Assembly: GCF_001194135.2 (NCBI RefSeq)
Contig: NC_068989.1
Coordinates: 48,360,349 to 48,424,348, forward strand
DNA: 64,000 nucleotides
DNA from: Octopus bimaculoides
Taxonomy: Eukaryota
Direction: 5' to 3'
In this document: positions 32,517 to 47,500 of the stretch, in pieces
Layout of the letters: each line of letters starts with the position of its first letter
How positions within the stretch are numbered: position 1 is the stretch's first letter
The notes under the pieces: generated by a model
Told to the model about the DNA's origin: nothing
The model's database searches: none
Seen by the model: only the letters and a program-made list of their open reading frames with translations
Translations under genes and position numbers: made by a program

Positions 32517-35500
32517 CTGGAAACAAGACAAAAAGCAAGAACAAAGTTATTGGGCCAGTAATTAGGTCAGTAAAATTTTTTAAAAAAACACTTAGGAGGA
32601 TTAAATAGGTAAATAAAAAGAAATGTGAGTAATAATCACAATGAGAGCATATTAAGAATAAATGTTTTTCTTCTGAAATGATTGAAAAAGAAATATTTGA
32701 TCCATATTATATAAAGTTTTTTTTACAATTTCTGATATTCAAAATATTTGAAGAAAGATTTTCTTAAATTAAAAATTATCAATCATAGTAAAAAAAAAAA
32801 ATAATAGGATAAAACATATTCTGGACTGCAGTCAATGCTACTTCTACAGTTTATCACATAAATAAATGTGTTTGGTAAAATGTAAATGCTTCTTTCCCAA
32901 ATACATAAGTACAGCACTCTCTGCCATCTGAACGAACAGGACATTCTATCATGACAGAAATCTTTAAGGAATTATTCATTAATTATTATTAAGTGAAAAA
33001 GGGTACTTGGAAGCTTTTGTGTTCAGTCCATGTCTGCCTACCCACTTGAATTCTAAACCCGATAATTAAAGTATCTAATTATGAACAAAAATCAAATAGT
33101 AATATAAATATTTAAGAGAGTTTAGATGTCAGTAAATTCAGTTGATGGAAGGAGCTTCATATTATAAAATTTCCAACAATTTTAATGTTCAAACACTTAC
33201 CTCCAACGAGAGTGGAATGGTTATCTGGTGTTTTACAACATAAAATTGTAAGAGGGGAAGAAATCTACAGTCCAGGGAAACAATTGAAGATTTGCATCAA
33301 TAAGAAACAGTAAAGAGGAAGAAGGCAGCGAGCTGAGAGAAACGTTAGCACGCCGGGCGAAATGCTTAGCAGTATTTCGTCTGCCGTTACGTTCTGAGTT
33401 CAAATTCCGCCAAGGTCGACTTTGCCTTTCATCCTTTCGGGGTCGATAAAATTAAGTACCAGTTACGCACTGGGGTCGATGTAATCGACTTAACTCCTTT
33501 GTTTGTCCCCTCTATGTTTAGTCCCCTGTGGGCAATAAAGAAAGAACAGTTAAGAGGAAGAAGACCCCCCCCCCCTCCTTAAAGTATCAGGATTTGTCTC
33601 CTATCTCAACAAACATTTTATGAATTTTGAAAATTGCACTGTAAGCCTATAATCACTATAAATGATATTCAATTACTGGAGCCTCCAGTACTCAGCTCTC
33701 AACTCATGGGTTACAGTTTAATTGTAAGAGATAATCTTTCACAGTTACTTACCGTCTTCCAATGGCTGATACAAGCTCTGTCTGTTCCAGACCAACTTCT
33801 TCAAAAGCAGCAAAGATGTCAGCTGCTATCATCTGAAAGGAGAGATTTAAATTTAGCTTCTGTTGGTGTTAAGAAGGGAATCTAGCCATAGAAACCATGC
33901 CAAAAGTAGACATTGATGCATGACACAGTACTCCAACTAGTCAGACCATGTCAAACCTTCCAACACATGCCATCCTGAGAAAGTGGATGTTGCATTATGA
34001 TGAAAGTGTGAAAATTGAAGCAAAAAATCTTGAAAAGATTCAAGTAAGTTACTCTTGGAATTGACCCAGCTGTTAACAATGTAACTCTTATTATTAGGGA
34101 ATGCTATTACCAAATTTTGCACCAAAATGAAATAGCTGAGATGTTTAGATATCAAACAACTGAATAAAAGAGTCATGAGTTCAGATCTCAGTCTAGGCAT
34201 TCCACTGCAACGTCACAGTTATATATTGCCTCAACTTCTTTAGCTGAATAATGTGTACCAGGATAAAATTTTTCTATCCCTGAGTAGATTTATTTTTTTC
34301 ATATAAATTAGCCAAATGATGGGGAGGAGTAATGTCTTTGACCATTGCATGCTGCTCTCCCACACTGGTGAGATTGATGTAGCTTGATATTTGGACTGAA
34401 CATCTGTAGGCAAAATGTCCTCTGCAAAATAGGGACAGCAGCAGCCCGTCGGAGAAATGAACCCTGCGAGGTGGAGTGGCTACTGCAGTGAGTGTCACTG
34501 GCCATTCTCCACAGCAACGCCATTGCAGTCATTACTGTGGGGTGCAGCTGAGCACCCCACTTGTTCTAGGACATGTGGCCCATCACCCCCGAATCCATTT
34601 TCTTTAATTTTTTATTTTTTATTTTCTTTCTGTTCCATCTTTTTAAATCAAGATTTGAAATAAAGTTAATGTAATGTCAAAAAATAAAAAATTAGGTTGC
34701 AACTTACTTCAGACCACTTATGAGAGTAATAAGCTGCTGGATGTTGATCAGAGAAAATATGGGTGAAAGAGCAAGGATGGGCATCATCGTCACTGAGAGG
34801 TAGTAACATGTATTCATCCCAGATGCGATTCATTATATCATGCCAGTGTTCTTTGCTGGAATTTCATGAAAAAATAATAGAGAAAAAAAGGATTGATATG
34901 AGATGAAAATGAATACCACTCGCATAATATATAACTTAAAGTTTTAATGATATTGGAGTTATGGAGATGGCAGGAAGCCTGTTTCAAACTACATTTGATG
35001 TTCAAATTTTGCTGATGTTTGGTTTAGTCTTTCATTTCTCTAGTGAAATAAGTACCAGTAATATACTGGTTTTCATTCGACTGACTACTTACTCTTCACT
35101 CCTACAAAATGCATAACCCTTGTCTTTATATAAGAAATTGCTTTTTGATACATTTGTTCTAATTACTGTTTTTCTAGGTATCAATTACTGTAACTACTGT
35201 ACTTCTGGGACACTTTAACCTCCAAAACACATCCCAATTTTAACTTGTGGATTTTGAAAAAGGATGAACATAAAAACAAGATCTCAGCAAGTTCCCAAAC
35301 TTCCTATTTCCTATCTCAGGGTTGAACAGCATTTCTCAAGAAGCAGGCCACATGAGACAAGGCTTACTCCTAAAAGAATTTAAGGTATTTTTTTGTTAGG
35401 CATGCTATTCACCATTATTATTGCCATGCCCAAAACCATCATTGCAAAGACCACTATATGATTAAAGACATGAAGAGAAGGAGTAAATTGAAGCTAAGCT

Positions 35501-38500
35501 ATTTTACATCAACTGCACACAATTTCATGTCTGTGTGTTTATGTAAGTAAATATTGTCTTGAGCCCGAGGACCATAAGGCCAGTTACATGTTTTCCATCT
35601 TGTACAAGTGACTGTGCCCCCTGAATTAGGTAAGTCTGTTGCAGAGTTTACAGCTAAGTGAACTGGAGCAAGACGAATTGTTTAGCTCAAGAATATAATG
35701 CACCATTCAATCTGGGAAGCAAAACCACAAGTACAACATGCTAACCATTAGGTCATACACCTTCATGTATCTGTGAAAGAAATGAATATTAAAATGAAGG
35801 ATTTGTAGGGAACTGGTCAGTTTGCCGATATCATTAGCACTGTCAATTCGCCAATATCATTGGTACCATGACTTTACTGATATCATTAGCCCCATCACTT
35901 GGCTGATATCATTGGCACTGAGTTTGCCAATATCATTAGCACCATTATTTTGTTGATATCATTGGCACCACATAAGCAGAGAAACAGAGTACTTACCTGA
36001 TATATAATTCCATGTCTAATGCACTAAGGTAGAGCTGTCGCATCATATCAAATCCAATCATGTGTTTCTGACCTGACAATAACAAATTTTATAAAAAGCC
36101 ATATCAGAAATAGAATCAAATTAAATAATTAATATTAGTTTCAAATTTTGGCACAAGGCAAGGATATCAGAGAAGGAACTAAGTCAATTACATTGACCAC
36201 CGTGTTCAACTGGTACTTATTTTATAGACCCCAAAAGGATGAAATGCAAAGTCAACCTTAGCAGAATTTAAGCTCAGAAAATAAAGAGGGGTGAAAATTT
36301 GCTAAGCACTTTGCCCAGTGAACTAATGATTCTGCCAGCTCACTGCCTTAATTAGATAATATAATTAATACTGATAATTAAATGGACAAACTGCTAGAAA
36401 ATATATAACTTAATCTGAACCAAAATGGGGATGTTGACCTGCTAGAAATAACATTCAAACTTCCTTGAAATTAGATCCATCTTGGTAAAAGAGGAGTACA
36501 ATGGTCAATGCAAAGCAAGATAGACAAAAAAGCAGGAGGGCCTTGGGTGGAATGCCTTCTATCATAGATTTATTAGACTAGGAATGACCTGGGGCTAAAC
36601 AACAGCAACCACAATATAATTGTATAATTCATTGAACTTTATCATTACAAAGAATGCTGGATGACAGACTCAGTAGAGTGGCAGACTTGCTCATTTTGAT
36701 TACATTCTGAATTCAAATCTTGCCCATGTCAGGTTTGACTTCCATGAATTGATGGTTAATAAAGCAAGTACCAGTCATGTGCTGGGATTGATATACACAA
36801 CCATACATCTCCTGGCACCTTGACAAAGGGCCAAGACACCTGATGCCTTGCTATATTCAAGAAAACCTGTTCTTCACGTCAGAATTGATACTAATGGTGA
36901 TGTCATGTAAAAAGCACTGGTGCTGGTGTTACATAAAAAGCACTCAGTACACTCTAAAATGGTTGGCATTTGGAAGGGCATCTAGCCATAAGAACCATGC
37001 CAGAACAGATAATGGAGCCTGGTGCAGCCTCTGACCTTGCCAGGTCCTGTCAAACCGCCCAACCCATGCCAACATGGAAAACAATTAAATGAAATGATGA
37101 TACACTGCTTCAAATAAAAAAAAATAAAAAATACTGCAGTCTATTGTATCATTAATCATTGATATCAGTAGGAAAAATGAATGTGCAGCTCTATTGATCA
37201 TATAGTTATGAATTCAAATTTTATGACAATTATTGTGTTGTATTCATGGGCATGGTACATAAGTGTATAACTGTAGTGTGCTCCAGTTTACTTAACTGAC
37301 AAAATCAGGTTGTGCTTGTACTTCATTGTTGAGTGGTTAACAATAAGAATAACAACCACCTGAAGAAAACCCAGACAGCTTCTGCTCAAATTTATAATGT
37401 GAGAAAAGCAAGTTAAAATTAGTCCACCATGCAAATATGGAAAAATGACTAAATACAGACAGGCAGAGGCATAAACATATGATTAAGGAGTTTGCTTTAC
37501 AACCTCATGGTTTTCAGTTTAACCCTCAAATGTCTTCTACTGAAGCCCCAGGCCAACTAAAGCTTTGTGAGTATGTTTGGTTAGGGAAATTGAAAGAAGC
37601 ACAATATGTATGAGAAAATTAATAGTTGAATATTTTCATCTTAAAGCCCATCACGCCTTTATACATGCAAATACACACAGCCCCCACTACTCTCACACAA
37701 AAACCAAAGATATAAATAAAGAAAACCTTTAAGAAGTGTGTCCACCATTTCATCAGGCATAGGTTCGCCTGTCTGATAGTGAGATGTTAAACTTTTCAGG
37801 GTACGTGCATCAGATAACCACATAGTCATGAAACTGGAGCAGACGTGGAGTGCATCCCATTCCACATTTCTTTGACCTGCTATCTCACTGTATGGAACTG
37901 TAGTTAACATTTGTTGTAGACCGTGACCAAACTGGAATAAAACAGAATGAATTTATCAAGGAAATATGACAAATATCATTATCATTATTAACGGTTTCAT
38001 TTCTAAGAACAAGATAATTTTTTTTAAAACTCAGATCCCATCTAGAGCAGTGGTTCACAACCACTTTATTACTATTTTATTCTGGTGGACCCCTATAGCC
38101 ATTTCTGTTTAAAAACTAGTTTCATAGATACTTCTTTCAAAATTCATATTTTGTTGATCACACAATTACTTATGTAGGTTGTATTATGTAAAATGTCAGA
38201 CAAAGAAACATAGCTGCTTCTTGCAATGAATACATCTAAAGCAAAATTTTTTCATGGACTCATAAATTACAACTGTGGACCCAATTTACTATTTTTCTTG
38301 TGTGGACCACTCTTTCCCCACAAATCTTATATGGACCACAAGGGGGTCATATGGCCTTTGGTTGAGAACCACTGTCCTAGAGGGACAGACACTAAGCAGA
38401 TATGTCCTTATCTATCACACAAAAACAGTGGTTGCAGTCATAAGGTAAAACAAAATGGAGGCAAAGCATACATCTGATTGATAATTTAGTTAAATAATGG

Positions 38501-41500
38501 TTACTCACACCACACATATAAGTAAGTAAATGGATCTCTGTTGGTTTTGACAGTGAGGATTCAGTCACTCAAATGAATTATCCACTCATCGAATTAATGA
38601 GTGGCTGAGTATTCCACAGACATTCATATCCTTAACGTAATCCTTAGGCAGAATCAGCATGATGCAGTGTGTGACAAAAAAAGTACTTCTGGATTATAGG
38701 TACAATACATTTGATGGGTTTCCACACAGTTTCTGTCAACCCAATTTCACTCAAGATTTGGTTTGACCCGAGGCAAATGATTTTGTGGGACCACGTGGTT
38801 GCAAAGTGAACTTCTTAGCTACGCTGTATCCACACTAAAACACACACACTTGAATGAAGGGTCAATGCTGAATATAACAAACCAATCAATGATGGCATGT
38901 AAAAAGCACACAGCACACTCTGTAAAGTGGTTGGCATTAGGAAGGGCACCCAGCCGTAGAAACCAGGCCAAATCAGACAGGAACCTGGTGCAGGTCTCCT
39001 GCTTGTCAGCTCTGGTCAAACCGTCTAAGCCATGCCAACATGGGTTAGATGAATCAATCTCTTGACAGCACCTGCAAGTGAACTGAGTAATGAACTGATA
39101 TTAGAATAAAGGGCTGGGTTAAAGATAAACTGTCAATACCTCTGAGAACAACATATGGACTTCCTGAAGTGTCATAAGAGTTGGTATACTGGGCACAAGT
39201 GGTTTGTGAAGGTTTAGCACCAAATAAGAAAATGGTTTCAGGTCATGTAAATCACTTCGCTCTGAAAAATTAAAGATAAACTAATTAATTTATTGATTAA
39301 ATTTAATGTCTAGAGGAATTATTATAACTTAAAACAGGTTTGCACAACACATATATTACAACATGCAGACTGCAACACATGAAGCATAATAATACATGGG
39401 CCACGACACATTGAGCATTAATAACATTCAAGATATTGTGATTGACAGAGTGTATTTGTCTCATTGCATATCTCTGGACAACTTCTAAACTGATTCCTAT
39501 ACTGGACGAAATGGGGTTCCAGACTGGAGATATAAACTGAATGTGGATGTACCACAGCCATAGATAAGTGGCAAGCAGCTAACTACCGTTTTACTGAGTG
39601 ATACTGAAACATCTTTAGCCCTTTTGACAATTTTAAGAATGTGATGAGCCCAGTGCAGATCATTGTTGATAACAATAACTAGGTCACATTTACTAGTAGA
39701 CTTCTTAAGGTTCGTATTGAGGAAGGGTTAAAAAAAAAAGGTATCCACTGAGAACATTAATTTTTTTTTTTTTATCATCTCGGTTCCATGGTAAGAAGTT
39801 TGCTTCTCAACCGCATAGTACTGGGTTCAGTCCCAAGGTGTAGCACCTTGGGCAAGTGTCTTTTACTATAGCCTCAAGCCAACCAAAGCCTTGTGAGTGG
39901 ATTTGGTAGACAGAAACTGAAAGAAGTCCATCGTGTGTCTATATGTCTGTGTTTGCCCCCACCACCAACAGACAACCGGTGCTGGTGTTTACTTCCTCAC
40001 AATTTAGCAGTTCAGCAAGAGAGACCAATAGAATAAGCACCAGGCTTTAAAAAAAAGAGAAAAAGTTCTGGGGTTCATCAGTTCAACTAAAATTCTTCAA
40101 GGTAGTGCCCCAGCATGGCCACAGTCTAATGACTGAAACAAGTAAAAGATAAATTTATTAAAGAATATAATTTAGAAACAATAACAATGTAATGAATCTC
40201 ACCTCGACCAATTTCCATCCATGTTCCACTCATTTTACCTTGATGTGCATAGGGATCGAAAAAGAAAGATGCCCTATATTCACCTGAAAAAAATAAATAA
40301 TTTGAAAAGGAAGTAGTTTCAATATAACATTTCTGATGGGTATAATTAACCCTTTAGCATTCAGATTATTCTGTTAAACGGAATGCTTATTTATTCACAT
40401 TATTTGGAGTTAATCATGCCTTGTTTTGTAGCTTCAAGATTTTGATGAGGTAACTGAATTTTTTGAATGACATTGTAGGGTTAGTGTCAGAGGCCAAATC
40501 TGGCCAGTTTGAACATAAAACAGGTAGAATGTTTTAGCTGAATATAGCTGGTTTAAATGCTAGAGTTAAATGTATGATTACTACTGGTGAATTTATAGCT
40601 CCACATAGAATTTTACCAATCAGTCTGCTTCCAGTAAACTAGTGTGGTTACTTCTATATTTAGTAATATTGGTTTAAAATTTTGGCACAAGGACAGCAGT
40701 TTCAGGAAGGGGTTAAGTTGATTACATCAACTTCAGTACTTCACTGGTACTTATTTTATTGATTCCGCCCAAAAGGCAAAGTGTACCTTGATGGAATTTG
40801 AAGATGATATATGCTGCTAAGTGGCTTGTTTGGTGCAGTGATAATCTTTTGTTTCAAATTTTGGCACAAGGCCAGCAAGTTCGGGGGAGGGTGTAAATCG
40901 ATTATATTGACACCAGTGTTCAAGTATTACTTATTTTATCAACCCTAAAATGATGAACAGCAAAGTTAACCCCAGCAAAATTTGAACTCTGAAGGTAAAA
41001 CGGACGAAATGCCATTAAGCATTTTTCCCGGCACTAACAATACTGCCAACAAGTTCAAGGGAGGGTGTAAATCGATTATATCAACCCTAGTGTTCAAGCA
41101 GTACTTATTTTATCAACCCCTAAAGGATGAAAGGCAAAGTCGACCTAGGTGGAATTTGAACTCTGGGCATAAAACGGACGAAATGCCACTAAGCATTTTG
41201 TCCAGTGCGGTAACAATTCTGCCAGCAAGTTAGGGGGAAAATGTAAATCGATTATATCTACCCCAGTGTTCAACTGCTAATAATTTTATCAATCCCAAAC
41301 GAATGAAAGACAAAGTCATCCTCGGACATAAAAACAAATGAAATGCTGTAGAGCAATTTGCCTAGTATGCTAACAGTTCTGCCAGCTTGGTGTTTTACTG
41401 TATTCAGTAATATTACTGGTTATGGTATATAGAGTATATATAGGATAAAGATGATAAACACAAGATGAAGTTTATACCATTTGTTCCTTACGTGTTTCAT

Positions 41501-44500
41501 TCACCATTGTGGCTATTTGCATCTTATGCAGTGGATGCTCATAGCACATTCAGATGCAGATCCACAACGACTTTTCGGGGGGCTACTATTACATTATGTT
41601 TCAATAAAAAGGTTATTTTTATTTACTCATAATGTCACTTTGTTTTTTGAAGGATGAAATGTAAATAGATATAGTTTCCAATATCTTACTGATAAATACT
41701 TGCTCAGAAAGGAATTGAATTCAGAATATCAAGACACAACTAATCCAGATATAAAGTGTTCAATATGGCTCAATACAATATTTATTAAATTCAATACATT
41801 CAGATGCACAGTTTCCTACTTTCCCTATATGTGTTTATATATATATATGTTTACAAATCTATCTAACTATTTGGAGGAAATCAACTGTTGAAAAAAGAAA
41901 AAAAAACTTGTGGTAGAGAGGGGAGAGCACTCTGACATCAATTTTTATGCAGTGGCTGGTAATTGGTGATATCTTAAAAAATACACACTAAAATAATAAA
42001 CCATAAGAGATTAAAAAAATTCTTACCTTTTTCATCATAAACACCAAACAGTTTCACATCTGGCAGTGAATTGTCATTTTGATCAGATTCATCCTGTTGT
42101 ACAGAATAAAAAATCTTTTTAAAGTAAAAAAAAAAAATCCACCTACCAATTTTGTTTCCTCATAACTTTCAGAAAAATAGATATATCTAATGAAATTTTC
42201 AATGAATATCTTTCAGACCTCTTAAGAGTTGAAATAAATAATCAATCAAGTATAGGAGTCAACATAATCTGTTAAATCCCCTCCCCTCAAAGTGACAAAT
42301 TATTATGATGTACTTGAGATAACTGTTCACAAACCTTGATTATAATTCCAAAAAGTTTTTCACAAAACTTGAAGAGAGAATTCAAAACATGAGACAACGG
42401 GAAATATTGAGCTATCTGGCTTTCATTGATGCTAGATAAACAAAGAAATAAAAAATGGTAAAGACATATTTTAGGAAATTTATAGAAATCATCATCATCA
42501 TCATCATTTTAATGTCTACTATTCCACCATGCTTGCATGAGTTAGAGGAAACTCGGTGAGACAGATTTTCAACTGCCCTATGCTGCTCCTAACACCAACT
42601 TCTCCTGTTTCCAAATAAGGAAACACTTGCCCCTAGTCTTTTGAATGTAAACAGTACATTAGCCACACATTTACTTGGAAGATTGCAAACAATTGAAGCT
42701 GCTTACAATTAGCATGTAATATCAAGATAAGGAGACATAAACATACTCATGCACAAACGCAGACACACACATACAACAGGCTTCTTTCATTTTCTGTCAA
42801 CTATATCCACTCACAAAGCTTAACTATAGAACCATATGTGAACCTACATCCACACAACCATGATGTCTGCATTAATGTACAAATATACTTCAATGTAGTG
42901 AGACATAGGCAGTTAAATGTAGAAGGGCTAGAGAGAAATGGTGCAAATAAAGCCTTTTGGAAATATAACATCAATTTGCATGGAAAGTAGGCCATAGATA
43001 AGAGAACATTTTATGTATGCAGGAGAGGAATTTGTACTGCTATGGACATATGATGTACATGAACAAGGAGTGCTAGGTTTTTAAATCAATCATCTGAACA
43101 CCTAGTTAACATTTAAAATAAACCAAAGAGGGATTTCTAGAGTATAGTAGTAGTGTGGAGGAAAGATAGGCAAAAAGAACTTAGTGTGGATTGGGAAGTG
43201 AAACTTAAGGTATTTTGTTGAGTTTGAACCAAGATTCTTCATTCTACATGTCTCATGTTACCTAACTATGAAAAATAAATTATTTGCAGCCACAAAGAAA
43301 ACAGAGAAAGTGTATTTGTAATTCTACTCACCCATAATACTGGTTTTTGTGTATCCTTCTCCAGTAAGGAACATCCCAACACTGTAACTCATGGGGAAAG
43401 CCTTCAGAAACAGCAAAATCCTGCAACTCTTCTAATTCTTCTTTAGCAATAGGTTTAAAATGATTTTTATATCTAAACAAACAAACAAATAATAATAATA
43501 ATAATAAAAACTGTAAAGGTTGTGCCTATGTTAATTGGTGCATTGGGACCAATAAGTAAAGATATAGACAAATGGTTGAAGGAGACTGGAATAGAATGTA
43601 CTGTAGAGCTTCTACAGAAAGTTTGCCTCTTAGGGACAGGAAAGATTATCAGGAGGGTTCTAAACACTAGAAAGACTAGTGAAAGCTTATGGATACCTAG
43701 GATTACAGGTAGTAACTTGCTCCCCACATAGATCCTACAAGGAATAAGACCAAAGCTGAGTCAATAATAATAATAATAATAAAAGCAAGAAGACGATATA
43801 TGATCCTAGAGGAGCAAAATAAACAAACAGTGTAAGGTCATAGATTTTGCAATTCCCTATGATAGTAGACTCAATACCAAAGAAATTGTAAAAATTGAGA
43901 AACATTAGGATCCAGCCAGGGAGCTGAGGAGACCAAGACAATAATTATTCCTGTAGTAATTGGTGCACTTGGCACAACACCTAAAATGCTTCCTAAAAGA
44001 CTGAAAAAAGTGGAATTTAAACTTGCATTGTTGTCTTGCAGAAAAGTATCATCTTATATTCTGCAAGAATCTTAAGGAAAGTTCTTAAGATTTGAGAAAA
44101 CTTGTTGTCACTGAACCTCAAGATAAAATCCCTGTTAATCAAATTAGCATGTACCAGCTTACTACTACTACTAATAATAATAATAGTAGTAAAAATAATA
44201 ATAATAATAATCCTTTCAACTATAGGATCTTAGGGGTGGGAGCTAGTTGATTGCATCGACCCTTGAACTTGATTGGCACTCATTTAATTGACCTCCTTGA
44301 AAGGATGTAAAGCAAGATCAACCTTGGCAGCATTTGAACACAGAATGTAAAAATGGACAAAACGCTGCTAAGCATTTTGCCAGCTCACCACTTAAGTTCC
44401 GTTGATGGTGGCTTCAATACCAGTAGAGTTTATCTAGAACAGGTAATGTCCCACTGTAGATTGTCCATAATCCCCAACCTAGTATTCCAGACAAGACTAC

Positions 44501-47500
44501 TAAGACTGTCATCAATGATGCCCAAATTGCTCCCAAGCCATTGCCGTGCATACCTTCCATTAACTGACTTTTCACTGATTGTTTGGTCCAGTTGATAGTG
44601 TGCAGTACATGCTTGCCTCATGGTCCATTTGGTAAAGTATATCATTCTAGATGCCCAAACATGATCTGCACTTAACCAAGGACAGTATCTCAAAAAGAAG
44701 AGCTGTAGAAAAGTATACTACACAAATGGCAGATATGTCAGCCTCAGTGTCGGACTACATATCATCAACCCCAGCAATTCTTCCCCCAAAATATGTGGCT
44801 GTATAACTAAAAAATTCACATACTTATACAGGTTGTTCAAGCTAAATTTGACAATTTTTACGTCTTTTTTTTTTCAGAAACAGCTTGATGTATTGGTGAA
44901 CAATGAAAGACAGTGAAGTATAAAGATTAAAACTGTAATTGAGAAAAAGTTAACTGACATTGAGAACTGGAAGCTTTCTAAATATTGGAAAAGATTACCT
45001 GTGTCATGATGATTTGCACCAGCCATCAAAATGCCAACATCATGAATGTTACACAAGGCTCGTGAACACTGTAAAGGCTGTAAGATGTGACATGAACAGC
45101 TGCAATGATGACTATGAAGCTATAGCCAGCAGGAACAAACACACCAGGCATTTGACTACATCTGCACACTGGAATCCATCCCCACATCTTTGAACAACGT
45201 CTTAAGCTCAATTCAGACAGTTACATGAAGCTGCTGGAGACTGTTGTCAAACTCTGACTGGAGATGGTTGCTGTTGGAAGGCAACAGGATTTGGCTCCTT
45301 GCATACTTCCACAGAAGTAGTTGTTGAAGATTTTCTATGACCTCTCCAGCCCCAATTTCTGGCCTCCTAATTCCCAATTACTATGTGTGGGGTGCAGTTG
45401 AGAAAAACACCAACCAGTTTGCCAGCAACATCAAGGCCAAGCTGGTGGGCCAAGATGAAGGAGGAATACATGTGCGAAGTTCCAGACCCTTCTTGAGACC
45501 ATGGTAGAAGCTACTTGATATTTTTTTGATTTCTTAAAATACTTTTATTTTTAGCTGGAATATTGTGTTTTGTTTTCCTTTTCCATTTACATCCCTATAA
45601 CTTGGTCATTTGGCAAAATGAGACCAAAACAATAAGTACCAAACTTGAAAATATGTACAGAATAAATTATGGCAAATAAACTCTTCAAAACTGATACCCC
45701 AGCACGTCCACAGTGCAATGATTGAAACAAGTAAGCGAATAAAGGAATAAAGAAAATAGGTATATGTATGGAACTTACGTTTCTAACATGGTGAGCACAT
45801 TCTCTACAGATCCTGCCATTTTGGTCTCCATAGACATATGAGCAAAACTGTTATACCCTAAAATGTCAGCAATGTCCTGTCTGCAAGAAATAGAAAAAAA
45901 AACCGGTTCTTAATAAATAAAACTGGAGAAATAAGTTTTATATAATAAGTTCCAAAAATTAAACAGAAATACAACAAAGATACAAATGGAAAATTCACAA
46001 CCAAAAAAGGACACTGCCATTTCCTTGACAGTTATCATCCCAAAAATCCTTACAATTTCAATGGTCATGCCAACAGAGAGAAGCTGTTGGGAATGGCAAA
46101 CGAATGTTTAGGACAGTGACGGAAACAAACACAAAACAAATATTTATATACATATAGTTAGTAGTTAATAAACTGTATGGTAGTAAAGCACATTCACAGC
46201 AGCATCCTACCTGTGAGGGATCGATACTAGATGAGTCCAAACGATTATAGCGATCAATAAAGATTCTCGTATATTACATCTTCCATCCCTCTCATTAATT
46301 ATATATATCCGCCTTTTTAAGTCCCACTCCCTGACCCCGATTGTTCCTGTTAATATAATTCTAAAATATTGGAGAGTCTGAGAAGATTATTGCTGAGATT
46401 TATCCAGAGTGATTTTCATAAGAGCTAACCAGTCATACTGTCTCTTAAGACAGCAAAACATTCCCTCAATACACACAAGAGAGAAAAAAGCCAGGTCAGT
46501 TCCTCCTCATTTTTGCGATTATCAAAGAATATCTATATGTATTTTTCCATACATGTATTTTCATACTTACACTGTTTCAAACATTTTCATCTTGTTATCA
46601 GAGATGTGTAATAATCAGTATGTAACACTACAAAGTTCATACAAAGCTTTATACTTTAAATATATTCCTCTTATTATCATCAAAGAATGTATATATGCAT
46701 TTTAATATTCAAACTGTTTTTTAACATTTTTTATTATTCTCAAAGACTTTTGATAATCTTTTTCTAAAAAAGTGAAACCAGTTANNNNNNNNNNNNNNNN
46801 NNNNNNNNNNNNNNNNNNNNNNNNNNNNNNNNNNNNNNNNNNNNNNNNNNNNNNNNNNNNNNNNNNNNNNNNNNNNNNNNNNNNNNNNNNNNNNNNNNNN
46901 NNNNNNNNNNNNNNNNNNNNNNNNNNNNNNNNNNNNNNNNNNNNNNNNNNNNNNNNNNNNNNNNNNNNNNNNNNNNNNNNNNNNNNNNNNNNNNNNNNNN
47001 NNNNNNNNNNNNNNNNNNNNNNNNNNNNNNNNATATATATATATATATATATATATATATACTGAACAGTATTAAATCCAATTTTTTAGGTTAGTTTTGC
47101 AAATTTAGATATTTGCCATTACTTTATCAACTACCATCATTATTATTTCCATGTCTATTTTCCAATGCTGCACAAGGTGGGACAGGCCCCTCTCAATCCT
47201 CTTAGACCTATGTCCGCTAGTCTTTGAGACCCAATATCCTGAAAACTGACATTCCACACTGATCATGTAAGAATGATATAGTTAATTTAATCCATTAGCA
47301 TTCAGATTATTCTGTCAAATGCAATACATATTTATTCATATTGTTTTGAATTTAATCATGCATTATCTTGTAGCTTTAAAATTTTGAAGATGTGATTGTT
47401 TATTTTTAAAATGACACTAGGGTAGATGTGAAAGGCTAGATCAGGCTGGTATATTCATAAAACTGATAGAATATGGATGAGGGTTGATGACAGAATTCAG

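Noticed and set aside
35821-35970. CRISPR-like periodic repeat
   Set aside because: Eukaryotic intron, no unique spacers of adequate length and no cas genes; it is a minisatellite.
46215-46260. ctagatgagtccaaacg, resembling a hammerhead ribozyme core
   Set aside because: The CUGAUGA box is interrupted, and stem II has no partner strand or GAAA box; cannot be supported.
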